Assembly: GCA_009103225.1 (NCBI GenBank)
Contig: RHPI01000260.1
Coordinates: 74,225-138,224, forward strand
Direction: 5' to 3'
Source of the DNA: Chlorokybus atmophyticus
Taxonomy: Eukaryota > Plantae > Mesostigma and Chlorokybus algae
Length of the DNA: 64,000 nt
Positions 34,816 through 51,414 of this stretch are shown piece after piece (position 1 is the stretch's first letter; each line of letters starts with the position of its first letter). The position numbers and the translations under genes were made by a program. The notes beneath the pieces were generated by a model. That model had not been told where the DNA came from. It searched no databases and saw only the letters and a program-made list of their open reading frames with translations.

Positions 34816-36685
34816 AGACGTTTGTAAGTCAATTTGGATACGTGAGCCGTGGAATTACGCATGCCCCAGCCGGTAACATGCGGTAACGTGGACTTGGGAA
34901 GGGAAGCGCAAGATCTGGTATACGGCCCCACGCAGACCAAAGCAACGTCATGTTACCTGTCTGCTATGAAACTTCAAATACGAGCAGAAGCTGGCTAGAG
35001 TGACTTGCACAAGTGTACAGGGTCAGGCTAACAGATTCAATGCTAAATCTGCCCCCCTTTCCCCCCCGCCAATGGTCAGTGTTACACAGGCACGCATACG
35101 AAGCAGCCATAGCTGCGGGAAGGAGGCAAGGAGAGAGGGGAGTAGCGGAGAGAGAGAGAGGGTGTCATTCCGCCCGTCTTGTAACTGTGGCCGAACTGTA
35201 TTGCACATATTGAAACAACGGCTCACGCGGGCCAGTTTTAATGATGCATGCATAGGGTCGATCGTGGTATGTCATGCACAAACATGCGTGCACATCAAGT
35301 ATAAGGTGTCGAGTGTGTGCCAAGCCAAGCGAAGGCAAGCAAACAAACGGTATGATTTGAACACAGATTTGAGGATGGGGGAGGGGCGGAGGAGCAGTGC
35401 AGTGCTTGGATCAATACACGCTAAGTACACCCTAGACACCAAAGACAGGGGCAGACTGGCAGCGCACATGTAGATATGCATAGCGGGTAAGCAGAGCAGG
35501 CACACAACAAGCAGAGGCAATTCGTTATGTCGGTAAAGTGCTGAGTGGGCTGAGGGCCTACAAGCATCAATAAGCATTGCACAAGCTTTCATGGTAGCGT
35601 TTTTCCTACCATGGCCCAATCGGCTAAGCCTCGGGTTACACAGTTACTATGACACTTGAGGCCACCTACTCGCTACCGTAAGTGGTGCTATGTGCTGTGC
35701 AATGCAATGGCAGTGGGACCGGCAATTGGCAGCAGGTAGCAATTGCTCAACCAAGCTGAAGATACAAGGCAGGGAGTTAGGCCTGGGATTGGGCGTTGGT
35801 AAGACAAGCAAGATGGGAGTGGTGGTGTGTGCACACAACATTGTGTTGTGCTGTGCTCTGGGCCCCTGCCATCGCTACGGCGTTGTGTCTACCACGCCAC
35901 CAGCATGCATGGCTGACGTGGTGTGGTATAAGTAAAGATGTAGAAAACCTGACTGAGTTGCTGGAAGTGCTCAGTGAAACCCGGTGGTCGAATATGTGCA
36001 CGAGCTGAGCTTGCATGGATTTGTGTGCTTGCCAAAGGCTGCCACATTACGTTTGAGAATGTCACAAGGAGTTTGGCGCATGCAGTGCATGCTGAGATGC
36101 TGTTTCGGATTTATGTGCTATGACTCCGAATATATACTTCCTATATATGAGAATGTGTAGGACAAGCATGCACATGGCCTGCAAGCTATTGAGCAACTGA
36201 TTGTGGTGCAACAGTAGCGGATTAAGCAAACTCCAGCGCTCCAGAAAGGGTCAACTCAATCCGCACGTGTCCATTCATGCACTCAACAAGTCTCTTACGT
36301 GCACACGCAAGGCGACGATTGTGAACATGTAAGTCAGCGCTCTGACAAGTAACGGCTTTACCACCATGTTCCAAAAGACTGCTTGACTACAGCAGCTGCA
36401 ACTGTTCGCACAGTGCTGGTAAAGTCACTCACTAGGCCTTGCAGAACTAATGATGCGCCAGCAGCAGCTGGACACCGGACTATGTGCAGGCAAACGGCAC
36501 ACTGTTGCTTGGCACCTGACTTAATAAGCAGTAATTGCCAAGCTTTCCAAGCATGCTTGTTGGCATGATGCCGCCAAGCTCGCGGCAGAAGTCTGAGCCA
36601 ACTGCCAACAATTGAAATACAAATGCAGCACCCAGCCATAAAGCAGCCAGGACGCTGGTCAAAAATGGTGTCAAGCTGTCACTCT

Positions 36686-38448
36686 TTAATCGAGAGCTTG
36701 GTCAATTGGCTTCGGTGCGGGAGGAGAAGCTCCAGTTGTGGGCCTGAGGAGCGTTCAGAACCATGAATCAAACCATCAAAATAAACCAAAGGCCATGTTG
36801 CACACACACTGTTGCTAAATGACAAAAAGGTGCAGTATGTTCACTTACAGGCCAACGAAGACCTTGAAAGCATCGTAGATGCCCCACTGCAGACCAGTCA
36901 AGGTACCGATCATGACAATACGCAATGGCAGCCCACGGGTGAAGAGACCAACTACGCCCATCTCCTTGACAATCTGCGACAGCAAATGTCCACAATTCAT
37001 TAGCCACATTGTGCATGAATTGCTCAGCCCGCAATGTGGCTGAGACATGAGTAAAATGGTGCACATGTTCCCTCTACGGGAGGGAGTGCACTTTTAGATT
37101 AGGAAATGGCACAACACAGGCATGTGACAGTTCACTGTGATTATCATGGCTTACATCCCCGACAGAAGCGCCCTTCTTCTGGTTGAGCTTGGACACCATG
37201 TTGTCTGCTGGGTGTGACACCACAGCGCAGAAAACACCGGCAATGTAACCAGCAGCGAAGCTGACACCGAGCTGTGTAGGCTTGCTGCACTCCGCCTTGG
37301 GAATGGGGACGACATACTGATACAGCGCCTCCACAGTCTTCTCAAAGCAAGCAAACTTCATCATAGTGTAAGGAATCTGCCGGGCCCAAAGAGGACCAAT
37401 GCCTTTCCAGAGACTGCAACCACACACACATGTCAGAATGCACCAAGCTTGCCACTTGGCAGACATGAAACCGCCTTTTATGTGGCGGAGTCTTGGATTG
37501 ATATGCCAGGTAAACAAGCCAAGCTTCAACTCACCCAGTAAAACCCTCTGCTGCAATAAACTTGGGGAAACCATCTGACAGGCCATTGGCAAATCCGGGC
37601 TGTGTCTGGACACGGACCTTAACAGCCTCCATGGGGCACAGGGCCATGTCAGCGAAAAACTCAGCTGACGCAGAGCCAGCGAGGAAAATGATCGTCTTGT
37701 ACTTAGCTGCTGCCTCGGGGCCAGCAAGGTCTGAGTAATACTTCTTGAAATACTCATACAAGCCAAACTTGAAAGCGCCTTGCATGCTGTAGCCTATCAA
37801 GGTGGGCACCCAACCCTTGAACAGACCACCAGCACCGCCCTCCTTCATGACCAGCGAGAAACCGCTTGCAATCGATTTGTACTTCTGTGGGTCAGTCTGC
37901 AGCAGCATGAAACCGATTGGCGTTAGCCACCACAGAGCCTGGCTTCATGGCAAATAACCATGCTACGTTGAAGCAAACGTAATGCGGTGACCAGGACACC
38001 AGGACACCAACTGCTGTCAGAATAACATGATAGCCTAGAGGTGCCATTGCAATGCCGTGCTCACAAACAACAAGCATGCTTGACAGCTGCAGAAGTAGCC
38101 GACCTGCATGTTGCACTTGACGACGTCAAGCGGCGTCACGGCAGTATGTGTGAGGCCGCAACTGAGAATGCCACCGGCTGTACAAGCGGCGTAGTATGCT
38201 GGGGAGTACATCTGGATCTTTCCGGACTTCTCTGCGGCAGCAGGCAGCATGAGCCCCTGCAGAAACTTGTGCCGCAGGGTGCCCTCCTTGACGGAAGGCG
38301 CCATGAACGGCGTCGAAGCGGACGCAGCGGGCGCCGTCACCGCCGCAGCTGCGGCAACAGGCCCCGCAATCGCCGCCGACAGCAGCCGGGACGAGTACAG
38401 GCTGCTCGGCAGCACCGACCGCAACCCAGACGCCCGCTCGCCCTCCAT
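36686..38448 (-). CDS. MPT: Mitochondrial phosphate carrier (SLC25A3 / PHT3 family)
   Basis: YSPAYYAACTAGGILSCGLTHTAVTPLDVVKCNMQ, GWVPTLIGYSMQGAFKFGLYE, CPMEAVKVRVQTQPG, PLWARQIPYTMMKF, SHPADNMVSKLN, IVMIGTLTGLQWGIYDAFK. Stop TAA 36686-36688. Confidence 0.97.
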
Positions 38449-39465
38449 GACGACCAGTGAAGACGCACAATCTCAGCCCCGAAGTACACCGCCAACGACT
38501 ACACCCTCAACGCCGCCGCCGCAAAACCCTACCACCAGCTGCACGACGTACCACGCCTCAGTTTGTTGCGAGGGGTGTCCAGCTGGCATGCTCGCCTGTA
38601 TTTTCCTCACTTCCATCAATACAGCAGGACGGAAGGAATCACACGGCTCCCCGCTGCTTGAACCAGATTGATCCAAACTCCCCACATCACCGCTAATTCA
38701 AGCTGCGCCAGGCACAAATTATGAATCCTCGAGGTGACTTGGGGAGTGGCATTGCCAATACTTCCGTCCGTCAAGCTCCGCGGCACGGGGGAATCAATGG
38801 CGGCCGGACTGCTCTGCGGTGAATCAAGTTGGTGGCCTGGCACATCCGACGGCCTACCAGTCTCGTAGCCAGTGAGACATAGAGCTACACTGTACCTCGC
38901 CAAGGCCTGGCATATCGGACGGCTGGCTATCTTTCAACAGCCAAAAGCTGCGGCAGTAACGCATCGTCACGGCCCGTGACTCACGGGGGGTCGCGACGTT
39001 CAGCCAACGGTCCAAGCTTAATGTCCCAAACCCACCCAGACTACATTTGCCCTGTCACACACCGTATTAGAGCACACAAGGTGCTGGAGGCTCCTGATGA
39101 TGCATAAGGTCACCAGGCAATTGACCACTGCAGAGGAGTCCTCAGAGCGATTAGGTTTAGAGTAACACAACCTACAGGCTCTGTCTCGGATCCGGCGATC
39201 CATTGAGATCCATCCATTTCTGATATCCTCGCAGTGTGCTGCAGATATCCCCACTTGTCGGAGCTCTGTCATTTCAGGGCTTCAATTTGCATTGCCAGCT
39301 GAGATTGGAGCTGATCAAAGCAGCTCAATGCGTGGCATGCAAGCGAAGCGTTGTGGTAATTGAGGGCGGCGACGGCGGCGGCTGTACGGCGGGCTGCGAG
39401 CGTCTGGCTCCTGCTCGCGTGGCTTTTCATACCGCATTGCAGCTCTCCGCTTTGTTCTGTACCTG

Positions 39466-41872
39466 ATGGCTGCGATTGGGCTCGTCCAAGCGGCTGCTTT
39501 GCCGCATGCAAGCAGCAGCAGCAGCAGCAGCAGTTTTAGCTTGCAGACGCAGCATTGCTCAAGCAGGAGACGGGCGTTTGCAGCTGGTGCTTCAGAGCGT
39601 AGCTTGCCGCATTGCAGTTGCAGCAGGATGATGAAGGGAGCGTTTGGTAGCCGACAAGAGAGGCTGTCGCTGCTTGCCTCTGAGAGGAGAGGCGGACAGG
39701 CTGTCACAACGACCACACGCTCCCCCGTGCAATGCGCCTTGCAAGGGTTTGAGCAGTCGAGCAGTCGTGACGGCGGCAGCAGCATCAGTAGCACTACCAT
39801 CACCGAGAAATACGAGTAAGAGAATATGCAAGTTGGACGTTCGAGGAGGCACTTGGCACAGTATTCAATATTCTGCATTAGGCATTGCTTCAGCTGACGC
39901 ACAAGCCTGCTCCAGCATTGCCATTCTGTTTGCCTGCAACTGTCACTCATGTAGCTCTGGCTGGTGTTTGACATGCATGCAGAAGGCAAATTGTTCCCAA
40001 CATCTTGATGTGCACCCAGTTCTGACAGCATGGACCACATGTGGTCACTTGCACTTGCAACGGCAAGTGCATGTGTGTACAACTGGGTGATTGCATAGCA
40101 ATTCAATTGACTGTGTCCTCGCTGGTATTCAGTTCATACAATGCGCTCACCGACCAGCTCGCTGGCCTATCCACGGGCGTCTTCCTGCTCCTGTTCGTAC
40201 CACAGATCGTCAAAAATGCCAGTGCTTTGATGGGAGGAAACGCCTCTGCCTTGTCCGTGCTGCCTTGGGTGGTAAGCGCCTTGGCTTGTCAGCATGTCGT
40301 GATGGAATGAGGCAAGTAATGCGATTGTAGTTTATTTGGTTGAATTGCAACGCAGGGGTATACCACTGGACTCATGGGCAACACCCTTCTCCTCTGCTAT
40401 TTCGCCGGCAAGCGCGAGCGTACCCCTGCGATTGTGCAGGGGCTGGGCATGTTCAGCACGATTGTGCTGCTCAGCCAGATATGCATGGCTGGCTACATGC
40501 CCGTGCCCGCCTTTGCATTCCTCAGCAGCCTAACAGCAGCTTCCTTCCTGTTCAACCTCCTGGAATACAATGGCAAGCTTAACAAGACTGTTTGGGACTT
40601 GTACCTTGGCTTGGTCGGTGTCATCGGTCTCGGACTCCTTCCTCAGGTGCGAATCGCCCTTGACTATATGAGACGTTATGAATGCAAGTGATACATTGAA
40701 CTAACGCCAGTGTGAAACAGTCCATATGGGCTACATTCTTCAAGAGTGAATCTTATGTTCCCGGTATGGTAGCCGCGGGTTTGGGTGTGTTGTGGCAAGT
40801 TCTGGTGAGTGCTTGTCGTGTCTGGCAAGTGATGTGTCAAGTCATTGTCTCATGCTTACTTGTTGTGGCTGCCGCAGGAGAGGACGGGTGGGTTGCCTAA
40901 CAGCTTGCGTGGCAAGTGGTCGTCAATCACTGCATGGACTGCAAACTTCCTGTTCATGTTCATGCCAGTAGCACAGCTGGTATGTTATAGCTTTGCGCTT
41001 CTGCTAGTGACAGCTTGCTTGTAAAGACATTGTCTAGTTTGTGCACTTAGGAACTGTGCTTGTTGGTAGGTGAGCAACTTGGAGAACCCTGCAAGCCTGG
41101 CCGGAGTTTCTGTCACCACAACACTCTTGGTCTTGACTGGCAACGGTCTGATGGTCCCACGAGCTCTGTTCACGCGAGACTTAGTATGGTACGTGGTGCA
41201 TGGTATTCCTTTGTTCTCCTCACACTTTTATGTCTCTCACCTTGTTGTCCCTTGAAGGGGGGGAGGGGGCATGCTCCGCTGTGACTAATTACTAACTGCT
41301 GCTGCTTGTAGGTTTGCTGGTAGCTTCTGGGGTGCCTGCGTTGGAGGCTGGGGTGTGCTTTTCACACTATTCAGGTGCGCGTCTCTCTTACAGAATACAG
41401 CCACTGGTTTTGCAAACTGCAATTATGCCCAACTTTGATGCGGTCATGCGTACCGCTGCGCACATAGACAGTGACTACTGTTACCTGGTTTTCTGCATGT
41501 TGACACACTGTTTCGTTGTGCCTGCAGCTATGGTTACATAAGCGGGGCGGTGTTTCTGCCATTGACAGCTATCTACGTACTATATTTGGGTGAGTTGCTA
41601 CCTTACTCCGCTCCTATGCACTCTCTAGGCATCATAGCACTGTGGTCTACCAGCGCTGGCAGCATGTGTAGGCATCATTGCACCATACACATGTTGTGTT
41701 GATTGCATCTGGCCCCTTTCCGACAAGAGCGTGCTGTGTAGCAACCCTTATGCTGTTATGTCTCAGTGCCACATGTTCAACGCCATTTGCTGTGTTGATA
41801 GGTACAACCTACTATAAGGATACTCAAGCGCATGCAGAGAAGGGCGCACAATTGCTCGAGCCTGAGTTGTAA
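39466..41872 (+). CDS. MEX1: Plastid maltose exporter MEX1/RCP1 with Ser-rich transit peptide
   Basis: Transit peptide with (AGC)n poly-Ser, then LLLFVPQIVKNA, GYTTGLMGNTLLLCYFAGKRE, WTANFLFMFMPVAQL, GNGLMVPRALFTRDLVWFAGSFWG. Confidence 0.93.
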
Positions 41873-43155
41873 GCTGGTTCTGCAAGACACCTACCTGCGC
41901 CAAACAATATAACTCTGCATCAAGTAGAATGGTAGAAGTTTGGCGCAGAGTGTCATGCTCGCTATCATATCTGCACGACTCACACCGACACACACTGTCC
42001 CAAGACACCTGCGCTGAACTGCTTGATCTAGATCTTACAATGTGCATAGTCGAGCAGAGCAGTAAACCGCTAATTGTATAGCACTGATTACATGGTCACA
42101 AACACTCTGTCGATAGTGCTGGCACATCAGTGGATTGCAAGTAAGGTGCGTGTGACCTGTGGGCAGAACCTGACATCGCCTGCCAGGGGTATGTTGTGCA
42201 CACAAGTCACCGATATTGCGTGAGTACGAAAGATTTCCAGCCTCATGTGCTGCATGCAAGGAGTGTTATCGACAACCATGCACATGGTGGCATTCGCAAT
42301 TCACACATATAACACGAGCTGCCTTATAATCCACCACCGGGCTAAACTACCTACACTACAGCTACTCTACTCGCCTTCCCCGTTGGTCTCACACAAGCAT
42401 GCAAGTGCCAATCACCTGTACAGCACGCAGCAGCAGCGTCAGCCCTGGTTGTTCTTCAAGATAGCTTCGGCATGCAAGCCAGCAGTATAGCCGCAGTCAG
42501 GCCCTCTCTCACTCTCTCCCCTCCCTCCTCCCTCCCTCCTTCACCCTCTCTCTCTCTTTCTCCCTCTCCCTCTCTCTCTCCTCACTTCGCTTCTCTCATC
42601 CCACGCCTGCCGCCGCAGGCAGACGCTGTAACCCTTGTTGCTTCGTCAGGCAGGGCCCCTCTGCCCCGCCCCTCTGCTGTGTCTGTCTCTCTCCTTGCAC
42701 TGTCAGTGCGCAGTGCCCTCATGCGTACTGCATGGTGCAGCAGCTGTGCGGTTGTTGGCGGTTAGGTGCTGCTGGTGGGGTTGGGTGGTGGGGTCGGACG
42801 TCGCTGTCTTGCGCACGGGCAAGCATGTTTACCATCAAGCGTTCTCCCCGTGCAGTGGCTGTAGTGTAGTGCTACTGGGATTGGCAGACGCGGGCATATA
42901 CGGGTGTGTAAGAGATAGTATGCTGGATTAGTAGCATATGCTCGTGGTGAACATGCAGACTCGTCATGTTTCAGAATGGTGGTTAACGCATTTGCATGTT
43001 GGTGAGCGTGACACTGCATAACTCACTTGCATGTTCTGTACAATGCAACCGGCTGCTTAACAGTTGTGCATATTAGTTTACAGAGCTTGCTGCCTGCTGC
43101 TGCAACAAAAGCACAGTTTTCCAGGACTCTTGGTTGCAAGGCACACTTCAGTGTG

Positions 43156-46100
43156 TCACTGCATCACACCAACATCCACAGCTGCCTGTTTCACCGCTTC
43201 CAGCAACGCATCTGTCAGGCAATCATTGGTTAAGGCATGTCAAGTGCTCTCTTGTACCATGCGAACGCACGATAATAACAACTGTGAGACTCAGTCAGAC
43301 ATTGTTGAATTAGAAATGGAACAACTGGACAGACATCACCCATGGTTGGACACATACCGGCACCTTGGTCCGCACGCATGTTCGCCATGAGCAACTCTTC
43401 AACACGCTCAATCGGCATGACCTGATCTACAGGCTCCCCAACCACTCCCAGCTGGCCATAGCACCGCACCGCTGCAGCGTAGACGGCTGTTGCTCGCAAA
43501 CAAACCACGTACCGCGAGTCGCTCATCTCCTGCGACACGTTCAAGTTGGTGCATTGGTGCAACGCATTAGCATCTTCTAACAGGTTACTTGCAACACAAT
43601 GCCAGCGTCTAATTACGGTCATCAAGCACAACGCCAGTATGCCCAGCACTGAAAACCGGCAAATCCGCTTTATTGCATGCGACACGCATAAACGCGAAAC
43701 GCCACACTCAGTTGGCGCAAATCAACATGCGGTCAACAGCATTGCATTTTCTCACCGCTCTATGCTGCTGGATGCTGTGCCAGTCGTCCAACCCAGCAGC
43801 CGCGAGCCAGGCTCTTTCCAGTAGCGACCGGTTGCATTTGTGAAACTCCCCACCGGCCACTGCAAATGCATGGAATGCTCCGAGGACAGCTGTGCGACGC
43901 CGCGACGGCGTGTCTTTCACTGCCAAGCACTCCTCAACCAACTCGTGCGGCTCCAACGCCACGTTGCCGGGCGCATCGCGGCCTTGCAGTTCACTCTGAC
44001 AATGCACAAGCAAGACAAATACGTACTTGCTGCAAACTGGTGTTTACAAGAGATGGTAAAGGACTACTGCATCGCACTCAACGGTGCATCGCACAAGTCT
44101 AGTTCTGTAGTGCTGCATGTGAAACACAACTTCAAGTGCTAGTCGTACATTGTTGCGCTTTTTTACACATGAACCCACCTGCACAGCGACCAACTCCAGC
44201 GCGGCGTCAATGCTTGCCGCTTCATCACAATCATTCTCTGCAAGCCGGGCAATCTTCCCAATGCAAAGCGCTCGCTTCCTGTTGGCCAGCGTGCGTCCGC
44301 TCTGCGACGCCAGCTTGGAGAGCGTCTGAGCTGCGTCTTTGTATTTGTGCGTGCGGACCTGCAGGGCAGGCACAATGTTTGCACGATGGGAAGACCAACA
44401 GACCGTGTTGTAGCTGCAAGCCATGTTGCACAGAGCTGCTGCATGACAGTTTTCAACCAACAAGCAAGCCTATTTGCACGAGAAGGCGCAAACACAAACG
44501 ACACGTGCATACATCCAAGTAACACATACGCGCACGCATACACATGCGTGTGAGAGGGTGCTTCTCACCTGATGCAACCATGACAGGTCCCATCGATCTC
44601 GTAGAAAGGCGTCCAGCTCGGCGTCAAAATTCGGTTTCAGTATCAACAGCTGCGCATACTGTTTGTTGTCCACGAACCGCTCAAACATGTACGTTGAGAA
44701 ACGGCCATCCCCTCTGTGCTCTTGCGCATCTCTCATATCCTCCTGCACTCAGTTGATTTACATCAGCAAAGATATCAATGCAGTACTAGCAGTCTGTCAC
44801 CTACCATGACGTGATGCAATCCATCCACATCACCAGTCCTCTCGCAGATCTCAGCCAAGGCCTGATACGCATAGTGCTGCTCTGCCAGCGGCTGCATTGC
44901 AGCCAACTTGTCCTTCAACGCGGCTTCCGCAGCGGCTGGACCAGCCGTCTGCTCACAACAAACAAGCGTTGCAATAAGAGTGTCACGTAAATTACTCACA
45001 TTGTAGGGACAAAATGCAGGACACATGAACCCACACATACGTGCTCACCTGGCCAGCTTCCTCGGCGGCTTCAAAGGCGTCAGCAAGGAGGTTGGGCATT
45101 ATGCCTTCCTCGCCGTCTCGCAGCTCAACATATGCGTTTCGCAGCGATGACGCGTCTTGATTATTGTTCAAATCTGCAGCCCAGCAGGTTGTGAGTACCG
45201 TGACGTGGACATGATGCACGCTCACTGATATTCCCTCTAGTTCACAATAATCAGATTGCAAGCAAGATGAGAATGCCACCAAACAACTCCATCATTGACA
45301 ATGCTCTAGACCATCATGATGCTGTGAAAGAGGTACATCACAATGAAACAAGAGTTCGTACACATGATGACTGAAACATGTATACGTACAGTTGTTTCAA
45401 AGACTACCTACCCAAATTGTGTGCGCAGTTGAACATGCCATGTACTACTGGTGGTGTAAACGTGCACATGTGCGAGTAGCACAACGGCTGATGGGGCACG
45501 CACCGACAGCCACAGCGCGGCGGTAGTTGTCAAGTGTAAGTTCTGCGAGTCCAAGCAGCTGCTCGGCGAGGGCTGGCAGGGCGGTGGGCGCAGCGGCACG
45601 CAGACGTGGACGCATTGCGATGGTAGCCTCCACCAGCGCTTGCAGCCCGCCGCGCACCTCTAAAGATGCCAGCCATGTTGGACGCGAATCTGTTCTCTCC
45701 GGCAGCAACCTGCAGTGCAATCGCAGCGCACATGGTCAGTTATACTTGGGTTGTGCTGATCGGCTGTACTAGTGGCAGACATTGCTTGTTCAAGCTGTCA
45801 TCTGAGCCTGTTTGTCTGCATGCATGTACGTGCGTGCCTGCATACTGCATGTGTCGTTGTGCGCGCGCGTACACAAGTGTGGTGACCTTTCTGGACCGTT
45901 TTGTTGGCCAGGCCGCAGCTCACACAGCTGCTGACTCAAATGTTCTGCGCAGCGTCATGTGCTTTACTGCAGGAACCCACCCACCTTTCTGTGACGTCGC
46001 TTTTGTACCGGAAAGCGGCATTGACGGCCGCAGCGGCAGCTTCGGACAGCTCCGTGAGATACTCAAAGGCAACGGCAGCATCCGCGACGCCGCCAACCAG

Positions 46101-47714
46101 TCGCTTTGCGTGCAACTGCAAAGCCACATAAAAACTGCGGAACAAACATAGCTGATTTCAACCAACAGCAATGGTCACGACACAACAACACAAACATCCT
46201 ACCTGGCAATGTGGGAAACACGCGCGTAGAACACTTCTGCCGGGTCGCGCCCGGCAAGCAGGCTGCTGAGCTGCTGTTCGCTCTCCCACACGGCTTGAAT
46301 GATGTTTTGCAAAGCGCGGCCCGCATGCATGTTGGCCGAAGGAGCTCCCACTTGGTTGTCTTCTTGCGCGAGTGCTGGACTGTTTGCTTCATCACCCTGT
46401 GCCCACCTTTGCTCAACGAAGAAGTTGTGCGCCTCTCTCAACGCCACCATTGCCGCAGTCTTCTCCCCGTGCTCAAGTATTGCCAGTTGAGTGCTTTCTG
46501 CAGCGGCTGTTGTAAGAGACATAACATGGGTAGGAAGACATGCATGAACATATTCATCAGGGCTGTACCGTGCAGAAGCTCCCAGGTCCCGGAGACTTGA
46601 AGAAACTGCAAGTAAGCCGCATGCCTTCGCTGCTTTTGCTCTAGCTGCGAGCTTGCAGCCGCCGCCCCTCCGCCCGCCCATTGCTTGGTTAAAGTATCCA
46701 CAATCTCTCTGCACGCCGTACACTATGCGCATGAGACATGCACACATTCAACTAGCATATGTGTGCAGGCAATGCTTGTGTGCATGTAACCAGATGCATG
46801 CGCAATACGCCACACACTCCCTTTGGTACAACTTTCATATCCCCAAGCCGTTTTGCTCGCAGCAGTAGCAATGCACCTGCAGCAATGTGTACTCCCAGCA
46901 AAGACGTGCACTGCATGCATCCCTCACCTGCTAGCGATGGCAAAAGGGTTGCCTTCTCCTGTGTTTGAAGACTCCTTGACCAGGCGTTGCAAGGTTGACT
47001 GACCCTGGGTGCTGTGCCTGAGGTAAGCCTCAAACAGGCGCGCAATCTGCACATCACATAAGGTGTGTCCGCATGTCAGTCGGTCAAGAGCAGATTCGAT
47101 CCACATGAAACGACCTGCCATGCTTTCATTAAACTATTGTAGAACGGAAACAGCATTTGCTACATACAGGTGTCGCATTTGGTGGTTTGGTTTTAACAGA
47201 CTTGTGCGCCAACACTGCGCACATCGGTTGCTATGCATTGTGGGCTGCAGATCGTCGTCATACGTGTAGTGCATTCACAAGCAGTGTGCATGCACTTGTG
47301 TGTGAATGCTGTGCATTCCACTAATGCTGTTTGAATGCTGCCGCGCTTGGACGCAAGGCGACTTGAGTGGGCAGTATGTGCGGATTAAATTCCGCTGGTC
47401 ATTCTGTTGTGCAAGCGACTGTTGCAAAGCGACAACTCGGTGAGCTTGCACTAGGAGTCAGCTGACTTCAGCTTGAAGTCACGAAGCAACGAAAACAAGC
47501 TGCTGCTTCACACGCACGCCAACTTACAGCTCCAGTTTAACAGCTTGACCGAGCATGCACTTCTAGTAGTATTGCTTAGCAAATACAAAACGCCAAGTCA
47601 AGCCAAGCCAAGGCAAGCCATGCAATGGTTGCAATGCCATGGCAATGCAGTAGCATTGCATACCTCTTGAGCCGCCTTGTCCGTAAGCTCCTGCTGCACC
47701 AGCGCCGTCGCCAT
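43156..47714 (-). CDS. NUP133: Nucleoporin Nup133, apparently only the C-terminal alpha-helical half
   Basis: GNPFAIASREIVDTLTKQW...SSQLEQKQRRHAAYLQFL...ILEHGEKTAAMVALREAHN, LAEQHYAYQALAEICE, FSTYMFERF...YAQLL, LSWLHQ, TLANRKRALCIGK match plant Nup133 as I recall it. Start ACC-ATG-G at 47714; stop TGA 43156-43158. Confidence 0.82.
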
Positions 47715-47854
47715 GGTCTCCAGAAGCCTCGACGCTAAGAGCTAAAAGCACACCTACACCGCCATCGCCACCGCCGCTCCTGCAGCTACCTGTCTTACAG
47801 CCACTGCAATCCTTGCCTATGTTTGCTTTCCTTGCCTCAGAAGAAGTGCCCTTG

Positions 47855-50682
<2,828 letters not shown>

Positions 50683-51389
50683 CGTAGCAGCTGTCATTGC
50701 TCGCCACCTGACTGGATACACATTGTAGCAGTCACCATTCTTTTTATCAATGAGTTTAGCATAATTCATTCATCAAGTAAAGAGTCTGCCAATCATCGTT
50801 GAACACCAATCAAGCCACACTTTTTGAGAAAAGGATCATGTTTAAGACTAAATCAATTAATTTGTATGGTTTTTGCGGATTATCCTCGCACAATGAGCAA
50901 CACAAATCAAAGGCGACATGAGTGGCATCACAGGCAAGCAAGAGTTGATGGTCAGAACTTCAACCATAGTAGCACTCTACGTAGATATGGGTAGTGTGCA
51001 GGCGTTGCAGCCCGGTGGTAAACCTAGTATGCGTGTTGGGTGAGTGTTGGTGTGGATGCGTGTGCCACTCCGCTTGAGATATAAGTTGTAGGGCAAAGAG
51101 GCAATCCCAATGCACAACAAGCAGCACCATAATAGCATCAAGCATATTTGGGAGATGAGAGAGGTAACACCATGTCAACATGCATGCATGGCTAACGGGG
51201 ACGGGCGGTAGTGTCATAGTAATAGTGGTTAGCCCGGTAGTGATGGTGTACAACTTGATTAACTGAATTGGTAGTGTGCATGTGAGTGTTGGTGTGCATG
51301 TGGCATATGTATGCGTGTGTCTCACACATCACTTCACATACCCTATATACTAGACACCAAGACAGGCAAGAGCAACACTTCAGTTATCT

Positions 51390-51414
51390 CACACACACAC
51401 ACACACACACACAC
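51390..51414. repeat. (CA)n microsatellite
   Basis: Direct read. Confidence 0.95.
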
